DNA from: Candidatus Limnocylindria bacterium
GTDB taxonomy: Bacteria; Chloroflexota; Limnocylindria; Limnocylindrales; CSP1-4
DNA length: 64,000 nt
Reading direction: 5' to 3'
NCBI GenBank assembly: GCA_046566045.1
Contig: JBKHXL010000007.1
Coordinates: forward strand, 31,987 to 95,986
The notes under the pieces were generated by a model that worked only from the letters and a program-made list of their open reading frames with translations, was not told where the DNA came from and ran no database searches. Shown in pieces: positions 8,103 through 16,135 of this stretch. The position numbers and the translations under genes were made by a program. Positions within the stretch are counted from its first letter, which is position 1; each line of letters starts with the position of its first letter.

Positions 8103-8734
8103 CCGGGTCGGGCGCGCCCGCCGGGCCGCCGACCGCCGGGCCGCCGCCCGACGAGCGCATCCTGGTCGTTCCCCGGGACGAGCTCCCGGACCTGACCGAC
8201 TGGCACGGCGTCCGTGCCGATGGCATCGACGTGATCCTGCGGATCGTCCGGGAGCGCGCACGCCCGCATCCGCGCTCGCTGGCCGAGACCGACCCGTTCC
8301 TCAAGCAGATCATCCCGTACCTCGTGCTGCGCGACGGCGACCGCTACTTCCTCATGCAGCGCACGCGGGCCGGGACCGACGCCCGCCTGCACGATCGCTG
8401 GTCGATCGGCATCGGCGGCCACCTCGATGCCGGAGACGGCGACGTGGACGCGGGCCTGCGGCGCGAGTGGCACGAGGAACTGGTCGCCGACTTCGATCCC
8501 GAGGCCGTGGCGGTCGGCGTGCTCAACGACGACACCACCGATGTCGGAGCGGTCCACCTCGGCATCGTGTTCGTGGCCGACGCCGGCGGCCGGCCCGTGG
8601 GGGTGCGCGAGACGGCCAAGCTGCGAGGCTCGTTCGAGGACCCTCGGGCGGTCCACGCCGTGGTCGACCGGCTCGAGACGTGGAGCGCCCTCGTGTTCGA
8701 TCACCTGGAGCGGGTCGCGGGGGTGGAGCGATGA
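8099..8734 (+). CDS. NUDIX-like hydrolase
   Basis: Degenerate Nudix box GGHLDAGDGDVDAGLRREWHEEL. GTG 8099 overlaps the tyrA stop (GTGA). Confidence 0.6.
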   Translation: MTGSGAPAGPPTAGPPPDERILVVPRDELPDLTDWHGVRADGIDVILRIVRERARPHPRSLAETDPFLKQIIPYLVLRDGDRYFLMQRTRAGTDARLHDRWSIGIGGHLDAGDGDVDAGLRREWHEELVADFDPEAVAVGVLNDDTTDVGAVHLGIVFVADAGGRPVGVRETAKLRGSFEDPRAVHAVVDRLETWSALVFDHLERVAGVER

Positions 8735-9798
8735 TCCGCCGGGGTCTCGGCCCGGTCGTCGCGGCCGGCCTCGGTGTGCTCGGCCTTCGAGCCGTGCGTC
8801 GGCGCGCTGCGGACCGCCTCCTGGCGGCCCCGCGCCGGATGGACGGGGAGGCGGGCATCGGGCCCGAGGTCGACGCGCTCGGCGGGGAGGTCGTGCGCTT
8901 CCGGGCGCGTGACGGCGTGCGCCTGGCCGGTCGCTGGCTGCCGGCCACGCCCGGCGACGAGTGGACGACCGACCCGCACGAGGCGGTCCTCCTGCTGCAC
9001 GGCTACTCGGGTTCGGTGGCGCCGGACCTGGTCGAGTACGGGCCGTTCCTGCGCCGGACGGCGAACGTCCTCGGCATCGACTTCCGCGGCCACGGGGAGT
9101 CGGACGACGGGCCGACCACCTTCGGGCTGCTCGAGGTGGAGGACGTCGCGGGGGCTCTCGCCTGGCTCGGCGAGCGGGGCATCACGCGGGTGGCGCTGAT
9201 GGGCACCTCGATGGGCGGGATGACCGCCATCGCCGCGGTCGCGGTCCTCGGCGACGGGTCGCTCCTGGCGGCCGACGCGGACCCCGCGGCGCCGCGCGCG
9301 GCCATCGGCGCCCCGCGTCCGGCCATCGTGGCGGTCGTCGCCGATTCGGTCGCGTCCGATCCGGTCGTGCCCGTCGCCTCGCGCCTGGGGGTCCCGCGGC
9401 CGCTCCGCCGGTTCGTGGCCGAGCGCCTGTTCGACGGTGTGACCGAGCGGCTCGGCGCCGACCCGCGCGACACGGCGGCGCGGCGGATGGTCGGCCTCGT
9501 GGACCCGGTCCCGCTGCTGCTCATCCACGGCGCGGCCGACACCACGGTGCCGCTCCGCGACGCCCACCGCCTGGCCGCGGCGGCCGGCCCTGCCGCGGAG
9601 CAGTGGATCGTCGACGGCGCCGATCACAGCGCCGCGCACCGGCACGCCGGGCAGGACTATGAGCGACGCGTCGGGGACTTCCTGCGGGTGGCCATGGCGC
9701 GTGCGCGCACCGACCATGCCGCCATGACGGACGCCTATGATAGGGACCGGGAGCCGAACGACGGGGGCTCCGGGACCACGCCCGTGGAGGACCGATGA
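8731..9798 (+). CDS. Alpha/beta-fold hydrolase with an N-terminal membrane anchor
   Basis: LLLHGYSGS, nucleophile elbow GTSMGG, and a C-terminal HGAADTTVP...DGADH. ATG 8731 overlaps the upstream stop (ATGA). Confidence 0.8.
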   Translation: MIRRGLGPVVAAGLGVLGLRAVRRRAADRLLAAPRRMDGEAGIGPEVDALGGEVVRFRARDGVRLAGRWLPATPGDEWTTDPHEAVLLLHGYSGSVAPDLVEYGPFLRRTANVLGIDFRGHGESDDGPTTFGLLEVEDVAGALAWLGERGITRVALMGTSMGGMTAIAAVAVLGDGSLLAADADPAAPRAAIGAPRPAIVAVVADSVASDPVVPVASRLGVPRPLRRFVAERLFDGVTERLGADPRDTAARRMVGLVDPVPLLLIHGAADTTVPLRDAHRLAAAAGPAAEQWIVDGADHSAAHRHAGQDYERRVGDFLRVAMARARTDHAAMTDAYDRDREPNDGGSGTTPVEDR

Positions 9799-10961
9799 CG
9801 GCAAAGATCCTCGTCGTCGATGACGACCCGAACGTCCAGCGCCTGTTGCAGTACACGCTGAAGCAGGAGGGCTACGACATCGTCGTGGCCGGGGACGGCG
9901 CGGAGGGATTCCGTCTGTGGGGTGCCGAGGCGCCCGACCTGATCCTGCTCGACGTCATGCTCCCCAAGCTCGATGGCTACCAGGTGGCGGCCAAGATCCG
10001 GAGCGAGGAGGGGACCTCCAGCCACGTCCCGATCATCATGCTCACGGCCGAGCGCGAGGTCGAGCAGAAGGTCCGTGGCCTGCGCGCCGGCGCCGACGAC
10101 TATCTCATCAAGCCGTTCCATCCGGCCGAGCTGCTGGCCCGCATCAAGAGCCTGCTCGCCCGGTTCGCCCCGAAGGACGCGCTCCTGGCCCGCCCGCCGA
10201 TGGGCCGGGTCCTGTCCTTCTACGGCGCCAAGGGCGGCGTGGGCACGACCACCATCGCCATCAACGCGGCGATCGCCCTGCATCGCGAGCTGGGCCGCAA
10301 GGTCTGCCTCGTGGACGCGAACCTCCAGTTCGGGGATCACCGCGTGTTCCTCGACCTCGGGCTCGACCGCAAGAGCATCGTCGAGATCGTCACCGCGCCG
10401 TCGATCGACGCCGACCTCGTCCGCAACGTGATGGTCAAGCACGACTCGGGCATCGACCTGCTCCTCGCGCCGCCCTCGCCGGAGACGGCCGAGCTGGTCC
10501 GGCCTGAGCACCTGCCGGTCATCACCGAGCACCTGGCGACGATGTACGACTACATCCTGGTCGACGTCGACAAGCGGCTCGACGACGTGAACCTGGGCGT
10601 GTTCGAGGCGGCGGAGACGGTCTTCGTGGTCATGACCGCGGACCTGTCGTGCCTCAAGAACGTGCGCCTCATCCTCGAGACCATGAGCCACCTCGGCTAC
10701 CCGGCCGGCAAGGTCCAGCTCGTGCTCAACCGCTCGAACGCCTTCACCGGCATCAACGTCAAGAACGCCGAGGGCGCCCTCAAGCGGACGATCGATCACC
10801 AGGTCGTGAACGAGTATCGCGGCGCCATCAGCGCGCTCAACTCCGGCGCGCCCTTCATGTTCACCAAGGCCGATTCGGCGCTGGGCAGCTCGCTGCTCCA
10901 GTTCGCCCGGGCGGTGGACAAGCCGGCCGCCGCCGTTCCCGCGACGGCCGCAGCGCGCTGA
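9795..10961 (+). CDS. Response-regulator receiver domain fused to a ParA/MinD-type ATPase (CpaE/TadZ-like architecture)
   Basis: REC domain KILVVDDDPNV...DVMLPKLDG...IIMLTA...GADDYLIKPF, plus a deviant Walker A FYGAKGGVGTTTIAIN. ATG 9795 overlaps the upstream stop. Confidence 0.8.
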   Translation: MTAKILVVDDDPNVQRLLQYTLKQEGYDIVVAGDGAEGFRLWGAEAPDLILLDVMLPKLDGYQVAAKIRSEEGTSSHVPIIMLTAEREVEQKVRGLRAGADDYLIKPFHPAELLARIKSLLARFAPKDALLARPPMGRVLSFYGAKGGVGTTTIAINAAIALHRELGRKVCLVDANLQFGDHRVFLDLGLDRKSIVEIVTAPSIDADLVRNVMVKHDSGIDLLLAPPSPETAELVRPEHLPVITEHLATMYDYILVDVDKRLDDVNLGVFEAAETVFVVMTADLSCLKNVRLILETMSHLGYPAGKVQLVLNRSNAFTGINVKNAEGALKRTIDHQVVNEYRGAISALNSGAPFMFTKADSALGSSLLQFARAVDKPAAAVPATAAAR

Positions 10962-11043
10962 GGATCACCCGCGCGCCGCTCGGGTAAGCCGGCGGTACGT
11001 CGCCCGCGAGTCGGCGCTACGCGATCGTCGCCACGCTGGCGCG

Positions 11044-12609
11044 ATGCTGGCTGTGGTGCCGTCCGCGACCCTCTTCGGCCTCGATGGTCGAGTCATCCGC
11101 GTCGAGGTCGACGTCGCCCCGGGCCTGCCCGGATCGACCATCGTCGGCCTGGCCGATACCGCGCTCCAGGAGGCCCGCGAACGCGTGCGCGGCGCGATCC
11201 GCAACGCCGGCTTCGTCTATCCGCCGCGGCGGATCACCATCAACCTCGCCCCGGCCGACCTGCGCAAGGGCGGGGCATCGCTCGACCTGGCGATGGCGCT
11301 CGGGGTGCTGCTCGGATCGGAGCAGATCCGCCCACGCCCTGGCGTCACCGCGCTGGTCGGAGAGCTGTCGCTGACGGGCGAGGTCCGGGCCGTCCCGGGG
11401 ATCCTGCCGATGGTCGCGGCGCTCGTCCGCCTGGGGATCACCCGGATCGTGGTGGCCAGCTCGGCCGTGGACGAGGCTCGGCTGGCCGGACCGACCGGCA
11501 TCGAGGGCGTGCGCTCCCTGGCGGAGGCCGCGGCGATCCTGACCGTCCGCCGCGCACGGCGCACCCCCGTGGACCTGCCGCGCGTCACCCTCGCCGCGTC
11601 CGCCGCCGACGCCCCGGTGCCGGCCGCCGGCGGACCGCCCGGTCGCGAGGTGCCCGACCTCGCGGAGGTGCGCGGCCAGGCGGAAGCCCGGCGCGCGCTC
11701 GAGATCGCCGTGGCCGGCGGGCACGGGCTGCTCCTCGTGGGGCCGCCCGGCGTGGGCAAGACCCTGCTGGCCCGGACGATCCCGGGGCTCCTCCCGCCGC
11801 TCGATGACGCGGCCGCCCTGGCCGCGACGATCGTGGCCTCGGCGGCCGGCGAGGGCCCCCTCCACGGCCTGCGTCGCCAGGCGCCCTTCCGCAGCCCGCA
11901 CCACACCTGCTCGTACGCGGCGATGGTCGGGGGTGGCCCGGAGCTGACGCCCGGGGAGGTCACCCGGGCCGATCACGGCGTCCTGTTCCTCGACGAGCTC
12001 GCCGAGTTCGACCGCGACGTGCTCGAGTCGCTCCGCCAGCCGCTCGAGGATGGCCGGGTCACGATCGCGCGCGCCCGTCGGGTGGTGACCTTCCCGGCCG
12101 AGTTCCAGCTCGTTGCCGCGATGAACCCGTGTCCGTGCGGTTTCGCCGGCACCGACGACGGGCGCTGCCAGTGTCCGCCGGGTGTCGTCGAGCGCTACGA
12201 GCGGCGTGTCTCGGGACCGCTGCGCGACCGGATCGACCTGTGGGTCCACATGGCGCGCTCGGGCGCCGCGAGCCTCGTCGAACACGTCGAACCCGAGCCG
12301 TCGGCGGTCGTCGCCCGGCGGATCGCCGTCGCCCGGTCGGTCGCCATCGACCGACGCGGCGTGCTCAACGCCCGGCTCCATGGCCGAGGCCTGCGTGCGG
12401 CCTGCGCCCTCGCGCCCGAGGGGCGTCGGCGCCTCGTCACCCTGGCCGACGCCCAGGCCGCGAGCGGCCGCGGGACGGAGCGGCTGCTCCGCGTGGCACG
12501 GACCATCGCCGACCTCGCCGGCGCCCGGGTGGTCGGACCCGACCACCTCGACGAGGCAGCGTGGTTCCGCTCGCAGGGGGAGCGAGCCGCGGGCGCGCTG
12601 GCCAGCTGA
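11044..12609 (+). CDS. comM: YifB/ComM-family Mg-chelatase-like ATPase
   Basis: N-terminal Lon-like domain (GLPGSTIVGLADTALQEARERVRGAI...INLAPADLRKGGASLDLAMALGVL) and an AAA+ core (LLLVGPPGVGKT, GVLFLDELAEF). Confidence 0.9.
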   Translation: MLAVVPSATLFGLDGRVIRVEVDVAPGLPGSTIVGLADTALQEARERVRGAIRNAGFVYPPRRITINLAPADLRKGGASLDLAMALGVLLGSEQIRPRPGVTALVGELSLTGEVRAVPGILPMVAALVRLGITRIVVASSAVDEARLAGPTGIEGVRSLAEAAAILTVRRARRTPVDLPRVTLAASAADAPVPAAGGPPGREVPDLAEVRGQAEARRALEIAVAGGHGLLLVGPPGVGKTLLARTIPGLLPPLDDAAALAATIVASAAGEGPLHGLRRQAPFRSPHHTCSYAAMVGGGPELTPGEVTRADHGVLFLDELAEFDRDVLESLRQPLEDGRVTIARARRVVTFPAEFQLVAAMNPCPCGFAGTDDGRCQCPPGVVERYERRVSGPLRDRIDLWVHMARSGAASLVEHVEPEPSAVVARRIAVARSVAIDRRGVLNARLHGRGLRAACALAPEGRRRLVTLADAQAASGRGTERLLRVARTIADLAGARVVGPDHLDEAAWFRSQGERAAGALAS

Positions 12610-13892
12610 TGCTCGGGGTCGGCCTCGACGGGCCGCTGGGCGCGGACGGGGTGCCCGCGGACACGGTCGGCCGTCCGCCCGGTCATCGCTCGGTGGACGG
12701 CGGGGAGCGCGATGCGTGGGCCGTGCTCGCGACCGTGGACGGCCTGGGGCCCGCGGCCTTCGCGGTGCTGCTCGCTCGATTCGGGTCGGCGCGGGCGGTG
12801 CTGGACACGGCCAGGCGCCCGAGCGGCGTCCGCGAGCTGGCCGAGTCGGGTGCGGTCGACCGGGTCGGGACCGAGGGCCGCTCCCACCACCGGATCGGTG
12901 AGGCGGTGGCACGCGAGATCGTGGTCGTCGCGGGCAGCGCGGAGGCGATCGCCGAGCGCATCCGCCGCACCGGGGCCGCCGTCATCACGCTCGACGATCC
13001 CGGCTATCCCGCTCGACTGCGCCGGATCCATCTCCCCCCGGCGGTCCTGTTCGTGCACGGCGACGTCACGGCCCTCGACCGCCGGCGGGCGTGCGCCGTC
13101 GTCGGCACGCGCCATCCATCGGGCTACGGCCGGATGACGGCGGCCCGCATCAGCCACGCCCTGGTGGCGGCGTCGGCGACGGTCGTGTCGGGGCTCGCGC
13201 TGGGCATCGACGGCGCGTCGCACGAGGCGACGCTGCGCCAGGGCGGCGTCACCGTCGCGGTGCTCGGCAGCGGGATCGGCGTCATCGCCCCGGCGACCCA
13301 TCGCCGCCTGGCCGATGCCATCGTGGCGCGTGGTGGTGCGATCGTCTCGGAGCTGGGACCCGACGTGCGCCCGGGGCGCGGCACGTTCCCACGGCGCAAC
13401 CGCCTGATCAGCGGCCTGGCCGACGCGACCGTGGTGGTCGAGGCGCCGGCGAAGAGCGGATCGCTGCTGACCGCGGCATGGGCCCTCGAGCAGGGTCGTC
13501 CATGCTTCGTCGTGCCGGGGCCCATCGACGCGCCGACGGCGGCGGGCTGCCTGTCGCTGCTGCACGAGCTGCCGGGAGAGGTGCGCATCGTGTCCGGCGT
13601 GCCGCAGCTCATCGCCGACCTCGGGTTCGTGGACGACAGCGCCGCCATCCGATCGGCGCCGGTGGCGGCCGCGGTGCAGTCGCTGGGTACCACCGAGGCC
13701 CGGGTCGCCGCCGAGCTGCTGGCCGGTCGGGTGACCGTGGACGAGCTCGTGGCGGTCACCGGGATGACGGTCGCGACCGTCCTGGCGACGCTCACGCTGC
13801 TCGAGCGCCAAGGCCTCGTGGCGGGGACGTATGGCCGGTACCGACCGGCCGGAGCGCTCCTCGCGCCGGCCGGTCCCCCGCGCCCCAGGTGA
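12609..13892 (+). CDS. dprA: DNA-processing protein DprA (Smf)
   Basis: VVGTRHPSGYG...VSGLALGIDGASH...GTFPRRNRLISGLADATVVVEAPAKSGSL. Its ATG shares one base with the comM stop (TGATG). Confidence 0.9.
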   Translation: MLGVGLDGPLGADGVPADTVGRPPGHRSVDGGERDAWAVLATVDGLGPAAFAVLLARFGSARAVLDTARRPSGVRELAESGAVDRVGTEGRSHHRIGEAVAREIVVVAGSAEAIAERIRRTGAAVITLDDPGYPARLRRIHLPPAVLFVHGDVTALDRRRACAVVGTRHPSGYGRMTAARISHALVAASATVVSGLALGIDGASHEATLRQGGVTVAVLGSGIGVIAPATHRRLADAIVARGGAIVSELGPDVRPGRGTFPRRNRLISGLADATVVVEAPAKSGSLLTAAWALEQGRPCFVVPGPIDAPTAAGCLSLLHELPGEVRIVSGVPQLIADLGFVDDSAAIRSAPVAAAVQSLGTTEARVAAELLAGRVTVDELVAVTGMTVATVLATLTLLERQGLVAGTYGRYRPAGALLAPAGPPRPR

Positions 13893-13966
13893 CCGACGGC
13901 ACGGTTGCCGTCTGACGCCGTCCTGCGCTACCCTCGCGGCGGTCGCATCCCCAGGCGACCCGGTCG

Positions 13967-15649
13967 ATGGTCCCCAGCCGAGCGGCCGCCGCCCCGTCTC
14001 CGAGGCCCGCATTGCCGAAGCCCCTGGTCGCGCTGCTCGCCGTGCCCGTCCTGCTGTGGGTCGTGGCCACCGGCCTGCTCCGCCGATCGCTCATCGCCCG
14101 CGGCGGCCTGACTCTCGCCCTCGGCGCGCTCGTCGCGGTCGCCGCGTTGACGTTCGTCCGCCCGATGTCCACGACCGCGACCCCACCGAGCCCGATCGTG
14201 CCGGTCCCGCAGGCTGCGTTCCAGACCGTCGTGACCACCGGCGTGGACGTCGACGAGCCTGCGGTGATCCGATTCAGCACCCCGATGGACCCGGCCTCGG
14301 TCGAGGCGGCCACCACGCTCGAGCCCGCGACCCTCGTCACCTACGAGTGGGACGCGACGCGCACCGAGTTGCGGGTGCTGCCCGTCCTGCGCTGGCAGAC
14401 GTCGACGTACCACACCGTGACCGTCGGCCCGGGCGCCCTGGCCGCCAGCGGGCGGCCGATGACCCGCCCGGCCCGGGCCGCCTTCGTCACGCGCATGCCG
14501 GCCGGGACCGGCATCGCGGCGACCAGCACGATCGACAAGCGCATCGCCACCGACACGGCGTTCCGCATCACCTTCGAGCGGCCGGTCACCCAGGCCAGCC
14601 TCGACGCCGCCGTCATCCTGTCACCGGCGGCCGACGGCCTGCTCGCCCGCGACGCGGCGATCGACGGGCTCGAGACGTACCGCTTCACCCCGACCGCGCC
14701 GCTCAAGGCCGGGACGTGGTACCGCCTCACGGTGGCCGGCGTCATCGACGAGCTCGGGGCGCCGGTCGAGGCGACATCGCGCGCGTTCCGGACCGTCGAG
14801 GCGCCGTCGGTCGTGCGCTTCCGGCCCCGGCCCTTCACCAAGGACATCGATCGCGGCGCGGCGATCTCCGTTCGCTTCAGCCAGTCGATGGACCGCGCGA
14901 CGACGAAGGCGGCCTTCTCGGCCAGCATCGATGGCGACGCCATCACGGGCACGGTCAGCTTCGCCGAGGACGACACCGTCCTGGTCTTCCGGCCCGCCCG
15001 GGCGCTGCCCTGGGATCGACGCGTGGACGTGCGCATCGCCGCGACGGCCACGAGCGCCCTCGGGGTGCCCCTGGCCCGTGAGGCGTCGAGCGCATTCCGG
15101 ACCGAGGCCAAGCCCGCGCCCGCGCCGGTCGCGGCACCGTCGTCGAGCGGGTCGTCGGGCGGATCGACCGGTGGCGGGTCGGTCGGGTCGGGCAGCTGGA
15201 CCGCGGTCGAGCGCTACTACCTCGGCCTGATGAACTGCACCCGGACCGGCGGGATCGTGACGTCGAGCGGGTCGTGCAGCAGCCCGGGCGGCCGGGATGT
15301 CGCCGCGCTCAAGCTCGACAGCGGCATCAGCAGCAAGGTCTCCAGGCCGTACGCCAAGCGCCTCGCCACCGGGAACCTGTGCAGCCACTTCATCGGCGGT
15401 GGCCCGGGCGATCGCCTGCGGGCCGCCGGGTACACCAACTACACCTGGGCGGAGAACCTGGGCTGCCGCTCGGGGGATCCGTACGCCGCGGTCCTGGGCA
15501 GCCACCTGTTCTTCCAGAGCGAACGCTCGTGGAGCCCGCTGGGCGGCCACTACGTGAACCTGATGAACAGGGCCTACGATCGGGTCGGCATCGGCGTGTG
15601 GGTCAGCAGCGGCCGCGTCCGCCTGGTGGTCGACTTCTATCGCCCGTAG
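13967..15649 (+). CDS. Membrane-anchored/secreted protein with three SbsA-type Ig-like (Big_5-like) repeats and a C-terminal CAP/SCP domain
   Basis: N-terminal TM helix LVALLAVPVLLWVVATGLL. Three repeats of the pattern xIxFSxPMDxxS (VIRFSTPMDPASV, FRITFERPVTQASL, ISVRFSQSMDRAT). The C-terminus (ENLG...GHYVNLMNRAYDRVGIGVW) is CAP-like. Confidence 0.7.
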   Translation: MVPSRAAAAPSPRPALPKPLVALLAVPVLLWVVATGLLRRSLIARGGLTLALGALVAVAALTFVRPMSTTATPPSPIVPVPQAAFQTVVTTGVDVDEPAVIRFSTPMDPASVEAATTLEPATLVTYEWDATRTELRVLPVLRWQTSTYHTVTVGPGALAASGRPMTRPARAAFVTRMPAGTGIAATSTIDKRIATDTAFRITFERPVTQASLDAAVILSPAADGLLARDAAIDGLETYRFTPTAPLKAGTWYRLTVAGVIDELGAPVEATSRAFRTVEAPSVVRFRPRPFTKDIDRGAAISVRFSQSMDRATTKAAFSASIDGDAITGTVSFAEDDTVLVFRPARALPWDRRVDVRIAATATSALGVPLAREASSAFRTEAKPAPAPVAAPSSSGSSGGSTGGGSVGSGSWTAVERYYLGLMNCTRTGGIVTSSGSCSSPGGRDVAALKLDSGISSKVSRPYAKRLATGNLCSHFIGGGPGDRLRAAGYTNYTWAENLGCRSGDPYAAVLGSHLFFQSERSWSPLGGHYVNLMNRAYDRVGIGVWVSSGRVRLVVDFYRP

Positions 15650-15703
15650 ACCGGGACCATCGGGTCCCTCGGCGGGCCGGGCCGGAGCAGGCACGATGCG
15701 GGG

Positions 15704-16078
15704 GTGATCCGCGACGCCGTGCTCCACCTCAACAGCGAGCAGCCGATGCTGGCCGACCTGTACGGCCTGCCCGACAGCGGCGACGTCGGGCTGCGCTGCA
15801 CGAACCTGCGCACGATGGGCGGCCAGCGTCCGGTGTTCGTCGACGACACGGCCTCGATCTTCTTCTTCCCGTACCTCCACATCCGCTTCGTCGAGATCCC
15901 GCCGGCGGCGCTGCGCCGAGCCGGCCTGGCCGACGCGAGCGAGCCCGAAGCCGTCGATCGCGCGCCCGCGGCGGACGGCAAGTCGGCGCTCGAGCCCGTC
16001 GCCGTGCCCGCCCCGGCGGCGGACGACGGCGAGCTGGAGATCGACGAGGACTTCCTCCGCCGCATCCGCGAGGTCTGA
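15704..16078 (+). CDS. Hypothetical protein with an acidic C-terminus
   Basis: Very high GC3 throughout, GTG start. No motif I recognise (…FFFPYLHIRFVEIP…DDGELEIDEDFLRRIREV). Confidence 0.6.
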   Translation: MIRDAVLHLNSEQPMLADLYGLPDSGDVGLRCTNLRTMGGQRPVFVDDTASIFFFPYLHIRFVEIPPAALRRAGLADASEPEAVDRAPAADGKSALEPVAVPAPAADDGELEIDEDFLRRIREV

Positions 16079-16122
16079 CGGCCGCGACCCCCGGCCGCAC
16101 GGGAGCGTGCAGGACCCGGTGC

Positions 16123-16128
16123 TACACT
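16123..16128 (+). promoter_or_regulatory. -10-like TACACT, 7 nt upstream of the topA GTG (candidate leaderless promoter)
   Basis: TACACT at 16123-16128 and GTG at 16136, with no SD. Confidence 0.45.
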
Positions 16129-16135
16129 CCCGGCC

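Noticed and set aside
9795-10961. A Tad/Flp pilus locus, implied by the CpaE-like gene.
   Set aside because: There is no CpaF/TadA ATPase, no TadB/C platform, no pilin and no prepilin peptidase gene in the flanks. Only the REC-ParA architecture is shared.
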